A DNA stretch of 64,000 bases. Origin: Lama guanicoe (Eukaryota). The translations under genes were made by a program, and so were the position numbers. This document shows positions 1 through 13,585 of this stretch, in pieces (within the stretch, counting starts at the first letter, position 1; every line of letters begins with the position of its first letter). The notes under the pieces were generated by a model. The model was not told where the DNA came from, did not search any database, and saw only the letters and a program-made list of their open reading frames with translations. The stretch is taken from NCBI GenBank assembly GCA_013239625.1, contig MU054117.1:932001-996000 (forward strand), written 5' to 3'.

Positions 1-3000
1 ACAAGGGGGCCCACGGGAGCCCCAGGACATCCCAGCTGGATGGAGGCCCCTCCCCAGACCGAGCACCCAGAGGGTCCACCGCCCCCTTCTCTTACCTGAG
101 CTGTTTCCGCACCATTGCCAACAGCATCCCCTCGGTCTCTCTGCCCTCCTCATCCCAAACCCTCTACAAACACAGCTGATGGGAGACTGAGACGCTCAGA
201 ACGGGTCCACGGCCGTGGAAGTCAAATCTCCACAACAAAGAGACCAGGGTGAGGGACTGCGGACAGCTGTGGCCACCCCCTCAACTCTGGGGTCGGGCGC
301 TGCCTTAATAGCCCGCCTGTCTACGCTCCATCCCACCTCTCTGGGGCGGGGCAAAGCAGAGACCCCGGCGCACCTCAGAAGCCCAGGCCAATGGCAAGGG
401 GACCAGCAATCACACCCCGGCGACCCAGCGAACTCAGCCTGTCCCCTGCTCTCCACGGAGAGCACATGGGGAGGAAGCCTGGGAGGGACCCCCAGAAGCA
501 GACCAGCCTCCTGCTGCAGAGGACCCTCACCCGAAGGCCGACCCCTCGTGGTACTCAGGGTCACGCTGACCTCAGAGAGCAGGAGCAGGAGCAGGAGCAC
601 AGCCGGGAAGCAGACACAGACCCGCACGAGCAGCCAAGTGCAACGGGGAGGAAAGCCTTCTTCCGCTGACTTCCCGGCAGGGGTGGCGGTGGGGGAGCCT
701 GTCCCCACCTGCTGATGGCAAACCTGAGTCGCAAGGCCTCGCGGAGGGCTCGCTCAAGCTGACTGGGAGTCAGCCTTTCGCTCATCGAGGGTCAATGCCA
801 AGCGGCCACGGCAGCAAAGGGCAGACCAGGCCCCGACGGAGGTCGGATCCAGCTAGAAAAATGGGGAATCCCCCAGGTGGCTGGGGTCTGGGGACAGGCG
901 CGGCGCAGAGAGCGGGAGGAGGGTCACAGAGGCCCCGAGCAGCGGCGACGGGGCCCAGACACCAGCTCCCGCTGCCCTTCAGTGGGCCAGCGCCCGAGGA
1001 CCTCACCCCCACGCGGGGCCCTCCTCCGGCCCTCCCAACGACCCAGGAGCCCCTTGCGGGCAGGAACCAGCCCTGTTGGCTCAGAAACCCTCGCACATGC
1101 TTGTCACCCAGGAGGTGCTCAAAGCATGGCGGCTGCAGGGAAGTTCTGCAGAATTTCTGTTCAGGCTTCACTGATTTCTGAGCAGAAGTTCACAGGGAAG
1201 ATGTTATTCGATAACGCGGATCAGTGTGTCTGCCAAGTGGCAGACGTGTTTATGTCCTCGTTCAGTGGTTGCTGCCTGTCCCCACCGGAAAGGAAGCCCA
1301 GGAAACAGGCACCCTCGTCCACCTCGTCCACCCAACTCACTACTCGGTCCCCAGCCCACAACGCCTGCGTGGGACGCGCGCACACGAGAGGCGTGTTGAG
1401 TGGATGAATGAGCGGATGTCGCGGAAGGTAACTGTCCCGCGGCCTTGTTCCCCTTCACATTCACCACTTAGACTCTGGCCCCGTGATACCAAGGGGTTTG
1501 CTGCTCTGGACCCATTTTATTGCTGGAAAAACAGAGACACAAGGTTTCCAAACATCAGAACCGAACACCGGAGTCAGGGCTGCTTTGGGAGGAGAGTTTT
1601 TAGCAGATTCAGTGGCCGGGACCTCCTTCCTCCTCACCACCGGGGAGGGCGGGGCACAGGACAGCCCAGTCCCCTCACGGACACCCGCCTGCCGGCCTAC
1701 TTCACCCACTGAGGGGGGCAGGGCACCTTCGGGAACCAGCAGTAACTCCCCGACTCCATCCCATGCGGGCCAGCGCCCAGCCCCACGGCCACGGCTCTGA
1801 CTCCGTGGAAGAGCGGGTGCCGCCCCGCTGAGGCCCAGACTCAGACCCTCGCGGCTGATGGCCCTCCCGATCCCCCGGAGAGAAGGTCTGACTGCGCCCC
1901 ACCGGGGACGGGGAGGCTGAGCTCTGGAACCCTGCCCAGGCGGCGGGAGCAGGAGCCGACAGACCCGGTCGGCAGAGCGATGCAGCACTGCCCAGAGCCC
2001 CCAGGCCTGAGTCGTGCCGCCGTCGGACCACCAGCCCTTCGGAGAAGTGGGAGCAGAGCCGGGCGCGGGGGGAGCACGCGGCTTTCCTCCAGCCACACGG
2101 CTCTCGCCATCAGAACCCGGGCCCCCGACCCTACGACCGCATTCACTGCACCGGCCTCCCCGCCGAGCTCCGAGTGCCACAGCTTCCCCGGGGCTCGGTC
2201 TGCTCGTCTGCAGAACAGAGGACAGCGCGTCCCTCCCAGGCCGGCCGTGGAGACGAGTGAGATTCTGCCTGTGGAAGCGCAGCTCAAATATGAAGCGCTG
2301 CCTAATAAGGACCACGCTCCTCGGGGCCCAAGGGAAAGTCCCCGTCTTCTGCGACGCGAAATAAAGCATGAAGCCTGTTTTACAGAAAACAGAAATCTTT
2401 TCCCCACAAGCACACCTCCTCGTTAAGCAACCACCTCTTAAAAATCGGGGCGTCTCACACACAAAGATTAAGCGTGTTGCTGTGTGGAAGAGTGACTCTC
2501 CAGAGAATTCAGGACACGGAGAATTCCAGAGATTCCTGCAAACCAGGCTCCCTTTCCCAAGGCGCTGTGTCAGTGGAAGGCTCTGAAATTCTCCCATCGC
2601 CAGCGGGATGTGCTGGGGGCCGGGGGCCCCGCGCACGTTCACACACCGCACACACCGCACACACCAGCACACGCCCGGCAGCCTCTCCGGCCTCCTCCTG
2701 GACGCGGATCATCACCGCGGTGGGACAAAGCAGCACGTGGGCCCTGAACGTGACAGGCCACCCCACAAGCACGCTCCGCATAAGCACAGCGGTTCTTTCG
2801 TTTAGAAAAGTCAGTGCCTTTTGTCCCATGAATCCTCACAAAACCAGACGGCCGGCAGGCGAGAAGATGGAAGGCGATGAAAAGTGAGCCCGCGGCCCTG
2901 AGGCGGCCGCTCCCCGGAAAGACTACGCTTCAGACAGACACGAAGCCACCGTGACTCCCCCCGAGTCTGGGGAAGAACTGGAAGTGGACGCGGCTGGGCT

Positions 3001-3444
3001 CCCGGCTCCGTCACCCCTTGTCCTGGGCTCACGGGCAGATCGCTCTCGACTCCCTCGTCTTCAGAGTGAGAAGGCTGCGCCAGACGCCGTGATGCTCGGC
3101 TTCCAGAACCCTGTGGCCCGGGCCATCCCCGCCCCCGCTGGTCTAACCCCCCTCAGCCCCTGGGTGCCTGGGTCTCCTCCCCAGTGGCCCCGAGGACCAG
3201 GGCTGGCGGGGTGCAGCCCGACACCCACGCCCTCCGCTCGCCGGTCGGGCGCTCGGTCTGGGAGCGTGTGCCCCGCTGCCCCACGTGGCCTGGGCTGACA
3301 GAGCAGGTTCAGCTCCGGGGCCACGCAGCAGGAGGGCTAGCAGAGCACAACCTCGGCCCCCTCCTCTTCTGGTTGATTATCCCAGGGTCTTCCCAGGACG
3401 TCAGAGTCTCAACGTGGCTTAAGGGACGCCCTCAAATCCAGAGA

Positions 3445-4115
3445 GCACTGCACACCCATCATTTACCAAAAGCCAGAAAATAACAAGCGTTGGCAAGGAC
3501 GTGGAGAAGTCAGACCCCTGTGCGCGGCTGGCGGGAATGTAAGTTGGTGCAAACGTGATGGAGGACAGCACAGTGCCCCTCAAAACATTAAACACAGGGC
3601 CACTGTGTGACCCAGCAGTTGCACCTCCGGGTGCTTATCCAAAAGAACTGAAAGCAGGGGGGCCCACGCTCACGGCCACGTCGCTTAGGATGGCCCAGAG
3701 CCACCCAGGGCCCCTCGACGAATGAGTGACTCAGCAAAGTGTTGCCCGTCCAGTGGACCGTTAGTCTCGTAAAGGGAAGAAATTCTGGCCCGTGCTTCAG
3801 TTCAGCACGGAACCTGGAGGACGTGTCAGCGAAATAGCCAGACACACGACTCCACTCACGTGAGGGCCCGACAGGAGTCAAAGTCAGAGGGACCGGAAGT
3901 AGACGGGCGTCACCAGGGGCTGGGGAGGCGGGGGGACGGGGAGATAGCGTTTAACGGGGACAGACTTCCATCGGGAAGATGAAAAAGTTCTGGTGGGGGG
4001 GCGGCATGACAATGTGAATGTATTCAATGCCATTACGTTATGTACTTTAAAAAGCTTAAGAGGGTAGATCTCGTGTTGCGTAAATTCTACATAATACTAA
4101 AAAGTTAAAAAAAAC
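3445..4115 (+). mobile_element. Old L1 (L1MA/L1MB-like) ORF2 end and 3' UTR fragment
   Basis: Motifs aataacaagcgttggcaaggacgtggagaa, gacccagcagttgcacctccgggt, ggaagatgaaaaagttctgg, aatgtgaatgtattcaatgcca, A-rich end. Confidence 0.8.
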
Positions 4116-5824
4116 TTTAATTTGATTCAATTTTGTTTTAAAAGCGAAAGAGGGATGAGTGTTGGACTTCGAGATCTTGGAAGAACCTTCCAGGAGGTAG
4201 CAATCCTGGGGCGGGGGGCCGCCTCCTCTGGAAAAGAAAGCAGGAAGGGAGGCCTTTGGAGTGCGAGCCACTCGAGCTGCGGTTCGGGGAGGGGTGGGAG
4301 GGTGGGAGACTTCTCCCCAGGCAGGTGCCCCCAGGCACGGCCTCCTCCCGGCCTCGGCACGTGACACGGGCCCAGAGAAGGACCCAAAGAATCTTGGTCA
4401 TAAACTGTTTTCAAATATCAAATAAATCACACGTGCACACACACAAACATGCCTTCACAACTGAGTGAAGCCAGGCACGTCCAAATACGGCCACGGTGTT
4501 CCAAGCGCCACAGGACATCGGGCACCAGACCCTCGTCTGGGAGAGCCCCAGCCCGTCCAGCTGTGCCCCCAGCCACCCCCACCGCCGCCTGGAGCAGCTC
4601 CAGGGCAGGGGGGACCAGTCGTCCCTGCAGCCCCCTGCCCAGCCCACACCCGGACCATCAGGTATAACACGACGTGCCGGCCGCGAGCACGCGACTTCTC
4701 CCCAGCGTCCAGACAGTTTCCGATGCTAACGATGCCAAGTGGGACCCAGGCTGGGGCTGCCCTCTCCGCCCCGCCCTCGGCCCTCTGGCTCTTAGATCTG
4801 GGCTCTCTCCCTCCACATGCGTTGGCTTCCCTCCCTCTTGGGCCCCGAGCTGCCTTCTCTCTCCTTTCTGCCTGGGTTTTTCTGACACCTTCTAGTCAGT
4901 GGCCTCTGACCCCTCCTGGCCCCGAGGAGGACAGAGGAGAAGCGAGGGAGAGTCCTGGTGCGGGGCAGGGAACGGGCAGTGGCTGCCGCCAGGTGGGGTC
5001 CTGGTGCTGCCCAGACCCCGCCCCGGCCTCCAGCGCATCCCCAGCCCGGCCGGGAGGGAGGGAGCGCAAGGGGAGCTGGGGGGGTCCGTCTTCAAGAGCC
5101 AAGGGGGAGGCAGAGGTCGTCGCGGTCCCACTTTCCATCTCAGAAGGGTACTCCATTCACGGAGCAGAAACGGGGCTGGAAAGGCTGCAGAGCTCTGCAA
5201 CCCGCAGCGCTGCCCCGTGCACACGACTGTCCTCTGACCGTGGCCGTCTGGTCGCCAGGAGGGTGATCACCTTTGCGACAAGTCGGCTCCGGCACTGGTC
5301 TACGGAGACCGCAGGGGCAGTGGGAGGGCGGAGGGTGGGGTGTGGGGTCAGACTGCGGGGGACGGAGGGCATCACGGGGCCGGAGAGGAAGCGGGAGGGT
5401 CTCGTGGCGAGAACATAGGCCAGCAGCCGCTCACCAGGGGGCCCGAGTCCGCACCCTCTGCAGCACGTTTGAGCCCCGGGAGCCCGGCTGGGGCGGGAGG
5501 TGTCTGGGGCCTGAGGGCTCTGAGCAGCTGCCAAGGACTTTAAAACCTTCAAGAGCACCTGGCGTGGCCCAGCCTTACTCGGGGTTTCAGGGACCGGCTG
5601 TCACTCAGTGGTACTCTTACACTGTCGACATTGTTGTTAAGGTGACCAGGGTCCCTCCTCGGGCCTGTGGCAAGGCAGGGGGCTGCCCGGCTCGCCCGAC
5701 ACGGACCCAGTGCACAGAGACAGCCCTCACGGCCCACCTGCCCCTCCCCCCCCAACTCTCCTCTTGGTCTAGGAGACCGAGGAGGGGGTGGGAGGGGTGG
5801 ACGCATCCCGCTCCCCGAGTGGGG

Positions 5825-5925
5825 GCTGTGTGACTCCGGGCAAGTGCATCCGCTCTCTGAGCTTCAGTCACCTCGTCTCCAAAACGAGGGAGCTGACCCT
5901 GATCTCTAAGGCCCTGTACAGTTTT
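5825..5925 (+). mobile_element. MIR SINE fragment
   Basis: ctgtgtgactccgggcaagtgcatccgctctctgagcttcagtcacctcgtctccaaaacg (MIR core). Confidence 0.6.
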
Positions 5926-6424
5926 CCCAGCCTTGATTCCAGAACTTGCACGTGGGAGTTGATCACTGGGAACTGGCGGGCAGAAAAAACGGGCTTTCCA
6001 GATGGAGTACATGCCCCCACCCCACCCTGAATACCCTCCGTTAATGCTAATAAACGCTGGGACCTGAAAAGCACCCCAAACACGGCCACCACTCCAAGCG
6101 GGATGTGCGAGGCCCGCTCCCCGCAGCGCCCGGCCTCCGGGTGCCTGCTGCCAGACCGAGCTGCTCCCGGCCTCCCACGCGCTCTCCAGTAACACTCGCC
6201 CAGCCAGGGGTCTTGCTGTCAGGTCTGTAACCAAACGTGGACCTGAAACCAAACCAGTGACAGGGGACTGGCCCAGAGGTGAACCCCAACGGCTCAGCTT
6301 TTGGAAGCTCGGTGCCTCCACCAGAGCACGTGGTTTGGGCTGCACCCCATCCAGACGCTCCTCCCCGCCCTCGCCACCCCCACACTCCACTCCCAGGGGC
6401 CATGGCTCTCGGGGGGCACCCAGA

Positions 6425-6550
6425 GAAAGAGGGGAGTTTGGAATCAGACAGATCTCGGCTTGAGTCTCAGCTCTCCCCTGCTGAGCTGTGTGACCTTCAC
6501 GCAGCTTAACCTCTCTGAGCTCAGCTTCCTCACCAGTAAGTATAAGGAGT
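6425..6550 (+). mobile_element. MIR SINE fragment
   Basis: ttggaatcagacagatctcggcttgagtctcagctct...gctgtgtgaccttcacgcagcttaacctctctgagctcagcttcctcacc. Confidence 0.75.
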
Positions 6551-7209
6551 CAAGATGCAGTAGCATAAGGCTAAACAGGACTCATCTTACTAAAAGCCAA
6601 CCCTGTCCCTCGGGGTGGCCGGGACAGACAGGCACTACACCCCCTGCCCCAGCCGCTGGCCATCCACCGCCTTGAACACAACGGCCCAGGCCAGGGTCAC
6701 ACGACACCCCAGCCGCGGGGAGACACAGCTTCCATCCCGCTGGCAGCTTACGATACTTGACCTCACCAGGCTTAAACTGGAAACGAAGGGTGATGGAAAT
6801 CACCATGCAAGCTCCGCGCGACCCGGTCAGGCTCACAGGCCGTGCGACATCTTCACCTGCTTGTTTCAAGGAGACTTTACGTGGAGCCTGAGGACAAATA
6901 AAGCCACACCTGGCGCCCTCGGTTCCTGCCATCCGGTCCTCCTTCCACTAACGGGCACACACCCTGTCCTCCTGCGCCTGTCCGGGAGCTGACGGAGAAC
7001 GCAGGGTGAGGGCTGGGGCCCGGGCGCCCCGGCCCGAGTCTCCTTTCAGAGGTGAGGGCTCGGGCTCAGAGGTCCCACAGCCCGGTCGAGGCCAAGTCAG
7101 AACTTGAGCCCAAGCCTCCAGGCTCCCGTGGGCTGTCTCCACGGAGCCAGGCTAAATCACAGGGAAGACCCCGCTCTAACCACTGCCCTTCCCACAGCAG
7201 AGGCCCCGC

Positions 7210-7595
7210 TCGGGGGGCTCGGTAACGACCCCCAGGATGTCCACCTCCTAGTCCCCGGAAACGGCAGATGTGTGACCACAGCGGGTAAAGGACACCCGGC
7301 AGGCGTTCACTCCTGCGGCGGCTCCTACGACGGGGCGCTGCTACCCCGACGGGTCAGGTGGGCGGGGTGTCATCGTCACGGGGGGCCCTCGCACGAGACA
7401 GGAGGGGAGCGGAGAAGGGAGGACCGCCGGCTCTGCTCGTGGGGGGCGGGCCACGGGCCACAGCAAAGGCCAAGAAGCTGCTTCCCCCCCTGCAGACGCC
7501 AGGAGGGACGGAGCCCCTCTCGGACCTCGGGCCTCCAGAGTCACGTTTAAGCTGCTCGATTTACGGTCACTTCTTAGAGCAGCAACAGCACCTCG
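7210..7595 (+). mobile_element. MLT1 (ERVL-MaLR) solo LTR
   Basis: ccccaggatgtccacctcctagtccccggaa...gcctccagag...tttaagctgctcgatttacggtcacttcttagagcagcaacag. Confidence 0.6.
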
Positions 7596-7799
7596 CTCCC
7601 GGAAAACCATCTCGGCTGAAAGAGCAGGAAGAGGGCCGAGCAGAGCAGTCTTGGTCATGCGGCCAGCGGAGGTGAGTCAGCCCGACACCTGGGACTCCGT
7701 GGGGGAGCCCCTGGTGCCCTCGCCTCTGCTGCGCCGCACGGTCTGGCCACCTCTGCAGAAGCAGGCCTACGCCAGGCGTCTGGGGTGTGGGCGGAACAG

Positions 7800-8521
7800 A
7801 AACAAAAATCTCCAGGTTGGATGAAAGCACGGACAAATGACTTGAGTGGATATTCTCCAAAGAAGACACACGAGTGGCCAGTCAGACGTGGACAGCAGCT
7901 CAGCCTCACTGGTGGTCAGAGAAACGCCAGCCAAACCGCAGCGACACGCCCGTTAGGACGTACCACCGTCAAAGCCCAGAAAACGCCGAGTGTCGGTGAC
8001 GACGTGGAGGAACTGGAACCCTCGTGCTGGTGTTACTGCAAAACGGCGCAACCACTGTGGGAAACGTACGGAGAGGCCTCAAAAAAATAGAAGAGGAACT
8101 ATCACGCGACCCAGCGGCCCCACCCCTGGGTCTGCACCTGAAAGAACCGGAAGCAGGGCCTCAAAGAGACACGCGCACCCCGCGTTCAGGGCAGCACCGC
8201 TCACGGCAGCCAAGACGCGGAGGCCACCCGAGTGTCCGGAGCATGACCACACAAGCAGGACACAGTGTAGCCACACAGCGGACACGACTCAGCCTTAAAA
8301 AGGGAGGAAACCCAGGCTGTAACACGGACGAACCGCGAGGGTCGCGCTGAGCGAAACAAGCCAGACACAGGAAGACGACAGCTGTACGACCCCCCTTCTG
8401 TGCGCCTCCCGGAGCGTCAACTTCAGGGACACGGGAGGTAGCGGGGCAGTTCCCAGGGCCCGGGGTGGGGAGCTGTCATTTAATGGGGGCAGAGTTTCCA
8501 TTTCTCAAGATGAAGACGTTC
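7800..8521 (+). mobile_element. Old L1 (L1MB-like) fragment
   Basis: Motifs tattctccaaagaagac, gtggaggaactggaaccctcgtgc, gacccagcggccccacccctgggt, gctgagcgaaacaagccagacaca, ttaatgggggcagagtttc. Confidence 0.75.
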
Positions 8522-9019
8522 TTACTCTCCACACGCTCATACGTCACTTCTCCGCCCCCGCCACTGGCATTAAGCCCGCTAAACCGCTCGGGAGCCCAGA
8601 ACCGGAGGCAGAAGGGCCAGCGGGAGCGGCGACTTCAGTTCGGTCAGACTCTGAAGTGCAGAGTCTCAGAGCCCCAGGCCCCCCCGGAGGCGAGCGCAGG
8701 GGCCCAGGCACCCTACGTCCCCGCATGGGGCGTCTCCTGGGCTCGTGTGACAGCACGGTGAGGGCGCGCTCCCGGGTCCGCCCGCGCATCGGGGCCCGCC
8801 GACGACGCCCCGACTCTGCAACCCCTCGCAGCGGCCACCTCAACCAGCGCTGCAAACCCAAATCCAGCCCCCGGCTGCTGCCAGCAGACCTGACACAGCT
8901 GCGGCCCGCGTGAGGGTAGCAGGGGTGCTTCTCCTCGTCTGCAAGCCCACGCCAGCCCCGGGCCCTTGTCACGGAAGAGAAGGTCAGACGGGGCACCTCC
9001 GGAAATTCCTGCTTAAAAA

Positions 9020-9195
9020 CGCTAGTTAATACCCACAGAGCGTTCACTCTGGGCCAGACCCCGGTCTCACACCTCTGCCGGCATTCAGGTATGCCACGCA
9101 CAGGCAAGCAAGCACCGTGACTACGCCCACCTCCCAGGTGAGCAGACTGAGGCACAGAGGCGCTAACGCGTGCAAGGTCCCCCACCGAGCAGCCC
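9020..9195 (-). mobile_element. MIR SINE fragment
   Basis: cccacctcccaggtgagcagactgaggcacagagg...caaggtcc (reverse MIR core). Confidence 0.55.
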
Positions 9196-10589
9196 GGCTG
9201 CCGACCACCTCGCTCAGGCCTCTCCCGTTAGGCCCCTGGCCTGAAGGTGCTCGTGTCCAGCCTCCCCCCACCCCCGACCCCCCAGCCCAGCAGGGGACAC
9301 CCCGCAGGCCTCACCGGGAGAGGCTCGCGAGTTTAAGGAGCTGTTTCTAAGAAGCAGTGTTCGCAGAGAGCTGCGCGTCTCGAGGCAAGAACCAGGGAAC
9401 CAAGAGAAACACCGCTCCCAGGAGCGTAAGGCACTTACGTTTTCTAAGCCTGTTGGAAACGTGAATGCCGTCTCGGCCACACCCCCTGAAAACCCACCTC
9501 CACTCAGCAGGCAGGCAGGCCGCCCAGAGACGGGGAGAGCCCTGCGGAGCGCGCCACCGAACAGGTAACGGGACTCAGGCGTCACAGCCCCGAACGCTTG
9601 CCAGACGAGACCCGTTTCGCTTAGGAAGCCGTCGGGGAGCACCGCCCAGAGGCCGGCGCTCTGACTGCGAGCGCCTGGCGGAAGGGCTGCGAGGCAAAAG
9701 CACAGCGCTCGCCTTTCTTTTTTTTTTAAAGAATCACAGAACAGGGAGGGGAAGATTCTGAGCTGCCGCCCCACCACCTCCTGCGCCAGCAGGTCCCTTG
9801 GGGGAGACAGGCTCTGCCACTGCCCGCGTTTCCCAGGAAAGCCCGCGACCCCGCCTCCCTCGGGAGCCCATCCCCCATCCCGGAACTCTGGAATTCCCGG
9901 ATTCGTCCTTCGGCTCTAACCTGAAACTCCCACGGTAACATGTGAGCCACTTCCTTCTTGTTCAGAGAAACAAACGAACATCTCCTCTGGCGTCATGACC
10001 TTCCGACACTTTTTAACCACCTTTTCACCTAAAGACTGGCCCTTCCCTGCAGGCTTGTCTCCTTCCGGACGCACAGCACCACCGAAGCCCTGTTTTCCAA
10101 TTTCCTACCTGCCTTACGGCTCTCGCGGCTGCCTTCACGTTCTCTAATTATCTCTAAAAACACTTTCAATCCATACCTAGGACTCAGAGGAAGGACTTCG
10201 AAGCACCAGGCATTTGACAGGACTCTCCGTCGTGTTGGGACTTGGACTAAGGCGGGCTCTCCTCCAAGGAGCACACATGGTGATGGCAGGCAGGTACCAG
10301 GATCAGATGGTCCCATCCCAGACACGTGAGCAAGGCAGGGAGGGTTGCTAGGAGACCGCAGAGACGGGGAGTCAAGTCCAGCCAAGTCGGCAAGCAGAGA
10401 GGAGGCGGGCACGACGGACCAGAGGGTTTAGAGAAGGGAAGGCAAAGAGCACGAAGCCAACCCCGGGCCGGGAGACAGACGAGCAAGGGGCTTGGAGCAC
10501 AGGAAGGGCCCGGACACGCAGGGCTCGGCAGTGTGGCCCGGGACACACGGGGTCAGAAGTGGACCCGAGAGTGTGGCGGGAACCCTTCA

Positions 10590-10960
10590 TGCACCAGCAT
10601 CTCCTGGGTCACAGCCAGCCCAGTTGCCAGCCTCCCTGGCAGTTGGACATGGCCTTGTGACTAAGTCCTGGCCAATGAAACGTGAACGGAAGTCATGGGC
10701 ACCGCGCACAGTCCCGGCCGGGAGAGCCTCCCACACATCACGCTCTGTGTTCCCATCTGCAGTCCTCCCTTTGCCACACGTCAGCTGAACAGAGGGGACT
10801 CTGACAGCCTTCACGAGGGCAGAGCACAGGGTGAGAGGGCCTGGGTCACCGACTCCCCTTGTGGAAGGCCACCTGGCCCGGAGCGCCTGCATCGTGACAC
10901 ACCGAGAAGGACTTGGTGTGTCCAGCAGTGAGGTTCGGGGCTGCCTCCTCACTAACACGG
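10590..10960 (+). mobile_element. Old MLT1 (H/J-like) LTR fragment
   Basis: ccagcctccctggcagttggacatggccttgtgactaagtcctggccaatgaaacgtgaacggaagt...gcctgggtcacc. Confidence 0.55.
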
Positions 10961-12269
10961 GCTCAGGGGAAGGAACCCGTGACCAAGCGTAAAAATGGGG
11001 CCAAACTGGCCCGGGGTGGAGGACAAATCAGATGATTGGGAGATGCCAAAGTATTCTTTTCGTTTTTTAATAGGGTTGCAAGGCCAGTGACTCAAAGGGA
11101 CGCCAGACACAGAGCCTCAGAGCATGCTAAGCACGAGGCGGACATCCGCTCGGTCCAGGTGAAACCGGGAGCGGCGTGTCCGGCCACCCCTCCCCGTCTG
11201 CTCAGAAGCCCGGAGCACCTTCAGGTCCATGCCTGGAGCTGGGTGTAGCTGCAACTGCCTCGAGAACCCAGTCGCTGCCCAGAAGGGCCCCGGCCCAGCG
11301 GGGGAGGCAGACACGCAGCTCCTCCGGCACGTGACGCTGTGTCTCGTGGGCCTGCCCGGAGCGTCTGGGCAGCTCTGGAAAGGGGCCCCTCACGCACTGG
11401 AGCGGCTCGGGAAGGGCCCCCAGGAGGGGATGCTCGAAGGAGCCTATTGACTAGAAAGCGCGAAAAGGCACTCCTGGCCCAAGGAGCCGCACATGCCGAG
11501 CGCAGGTGAATACACTGCTCTTGGGAGCCCGCGGCAGGCGGCACATCTGAAGCGCGGGGCTGGGAGCAGGAGCGGGAGGAGAGCAGGCCGCTGCGGCAGG
11601 TGAAGGCCGGGCTGGGACGGCCGGCATCGTTCGCGGCCAGCGGGGAGCCAGCACAGAGGGCTCAGGGCGGTGAAACGGCATGGACCGGTCCTGCCTCTGC
11701 TTCCCGGCGACACAGGAGGGTAAACGAGGAGGGGCTGGAGAATCCAGTCCACAGGCCCTGACAGGCACATGTGAGGCCGATGAGACTCCGAGGGTGGGTA
11801 TGAAATATCATGAAGGAGGATCCCTGAGACCCAACGACTGACTTCACTGTGGAGCGAGGAGAAAACTGAGACGCAGAGGATGGGTCCCAGGACCTGGCGA
11901 AGCCAACGTGGCAGCACCATCGCTGACGCAGTCATCACAGAAAGGGACACAGGTTTGAGGGGGCAAGAGAGAACGAACTGACTGAAAACTGGAAACACTC
12001 TAGGCCCGTCCAGCAGCAAAGTGACAGGTGAACTTGAGACAGCAGGTGGGCTGGAGAGGTTAGTCTGAAAGTCGTGATCATGTCAGTGGTGGGTTCAGCG
12101 ACGCGTGGGTTTTCTTGGCCTATAGAAAGGTAAGCGGCGGAGCCAGAAACAGGACTTACATCGCCCGTGTGGAAGGTGCACGGGTGGCTCGGTAGCTGGC
12201 TGATGCACAGAGGCCTCGCTGCCTGCACAGATGTCTGGAGCACCGACTCACAGACGCGCTCAAGCTAGG

Positions 12270-13190
12270 AAGGTCTCTACTGACGTGACCCTGGGCTCTG
12301 TCTTTGGCTCCAGATTTTTAAACACTGAATTAAAAATATGGACAAAGACAAATTTGTCAGTCGTGCTGCTGACACGAATCTGGGCGGAATTGCTGGCGAG
12401 CTAGAAGGCTGAACCAGGATTCGAATGACCTTAATCCACTGAAACTACGGGAACTTGTTTGGAGACCTGTCCACACTGACAGGATGAAACACAATATGAA
12501 TGACTATTATAAAGTATGGTGCTTACATGAGAGAACGTCACCGCCTCGACAGAAGGCGGGGGCGGGGGGCTGGCTCATCAGCAGTTTATACGGCGAAGAC
12601 CCTCGGGGCTGAGCAGGCTGTAACTCAACGTGAGTCTGCAGCGAGCACAGCTGCCAAGGAAAAGCAACCTTCCTCCTTCATCTGCACTCGGAGCCCAGCG
12701 TGAGGGGGCAGCAGGCTGAGCCCTCGGCTGAAGCCTGTGTCCCTCTGGGCAACAGACTCCACGAAGGACACCGGCAGAGTGCAGGTGACCAGAAGAAGGG
12801 GAAGGGCGACGACAAACCACAGGAGAAATGGGAGAAGAAAGTAGGGCCAGAATCTCAGAAAATATGCTTAGAAGGAAGGAACACGGGCAGAAATCCAGGT
12901 GGCAAAACAACAGCAAATGCACCTCGTCCGCTCCAGGTGGGAGAGTCGGGGGCACAGGAGAGTCACAGGGCGGCAGGTTTCAACTCCACCTTCATCTCAG
13001 AGGATGAAGGCTATTCAAAACTGGAATGACTGCTTTGCAAGTCCGTGAGGCCCCCCTTCCTGGAATCACCAGGACAGAAATTAGATGCCCACCTGCTCAG
13101 GAGAGAGAGAGAGATGCCTGCAGTGGGCGGGCGGCTGGGCTCGATCGGTGGTGGTTCCTAAGCTTCTGGACTGCAAGGACCAGTGATGCC
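12270..13190 (+). mobile_element. L3/CR1 LINE fragment (RT C-terminus and 3' end)
   Basis: Degenerate remnants of the ADDTKLGG, MKFN, EKDLGV and KLNMSQQC..AAKKAN motifs (gctgacacgaatctgggcgg; gcgaagaccctcggggc; aactcaacgtgagtctgca...gctgccaaggaaaagcaa) and a CR1-like tail near 13020-13190. Confidence 0.6.
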
Positions 13191-13279
13191 TTCTTAAAAT
13201 TCGCTGTCTGAGCCATTTTCCAAAAATCAGCCACCATCTACTATCACCATCATTTCGTAAAAGAAAAGACAGAAGAAAA

Positions 13280-13585
13280 GAAAAAAAGGAGACACTAATG
13301 AACTCATCTACAAAACAGAAACAGACTCATAGATGTAAACAAACTTATGGTAATCGGGGGAAAGGGGGTGGGAACAGATAAACTGGGAGTTCGAGATGTG
13401 CAAATACTGCTGTACATAAAACAGGTAAAAAACAAGTTTCTGCTGCGCAGCACAGGGAGCTATATTCAATACCTTGCAGGAACTATAATGAAACAGAATC
13501 TATGTGCGTACATGCGTGACTGAGACACTTTGCTGTAGTGCACCGGACGCCGGCACATTGTAACTGACTATACTTCAACTAAAAA
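13280..13585 (+). mobile_element. L1 3' UTR fragment, artiodactyl/camelid type
   Basis: aatgaactcatctacaaaacagaaacagactc...cagcacagggagctatattcaat...taactgactatacttcaa; similar to 54580-54860. Confidence 0.85.

Noticed and set aside
90..127. Possible alternative first exon (ATG...MLLAMVRKQL AG|GTAAGA on minus), considered as an exon 1c analogue
   Set aside because: Donor is phase 2 relative to these ATGs whereas the exon 1b donor is phase 1; the peptide does not resemble the Cys-rich rodent exon 1c as I recall it; no promoter context
1461..2672. 403-aa ORF and other long ORFs (4465-5418, 23818-24681, 36254-37081, 37157-37951, 59321-60097, 61770-62624)
   Set aside because: No recognisable domains, Pro/Arg/Gly/Ala-biased composition, overlapping ORFs in several frames and often non-ATG starts; expected by chance in stop-poor GC-rich DNA
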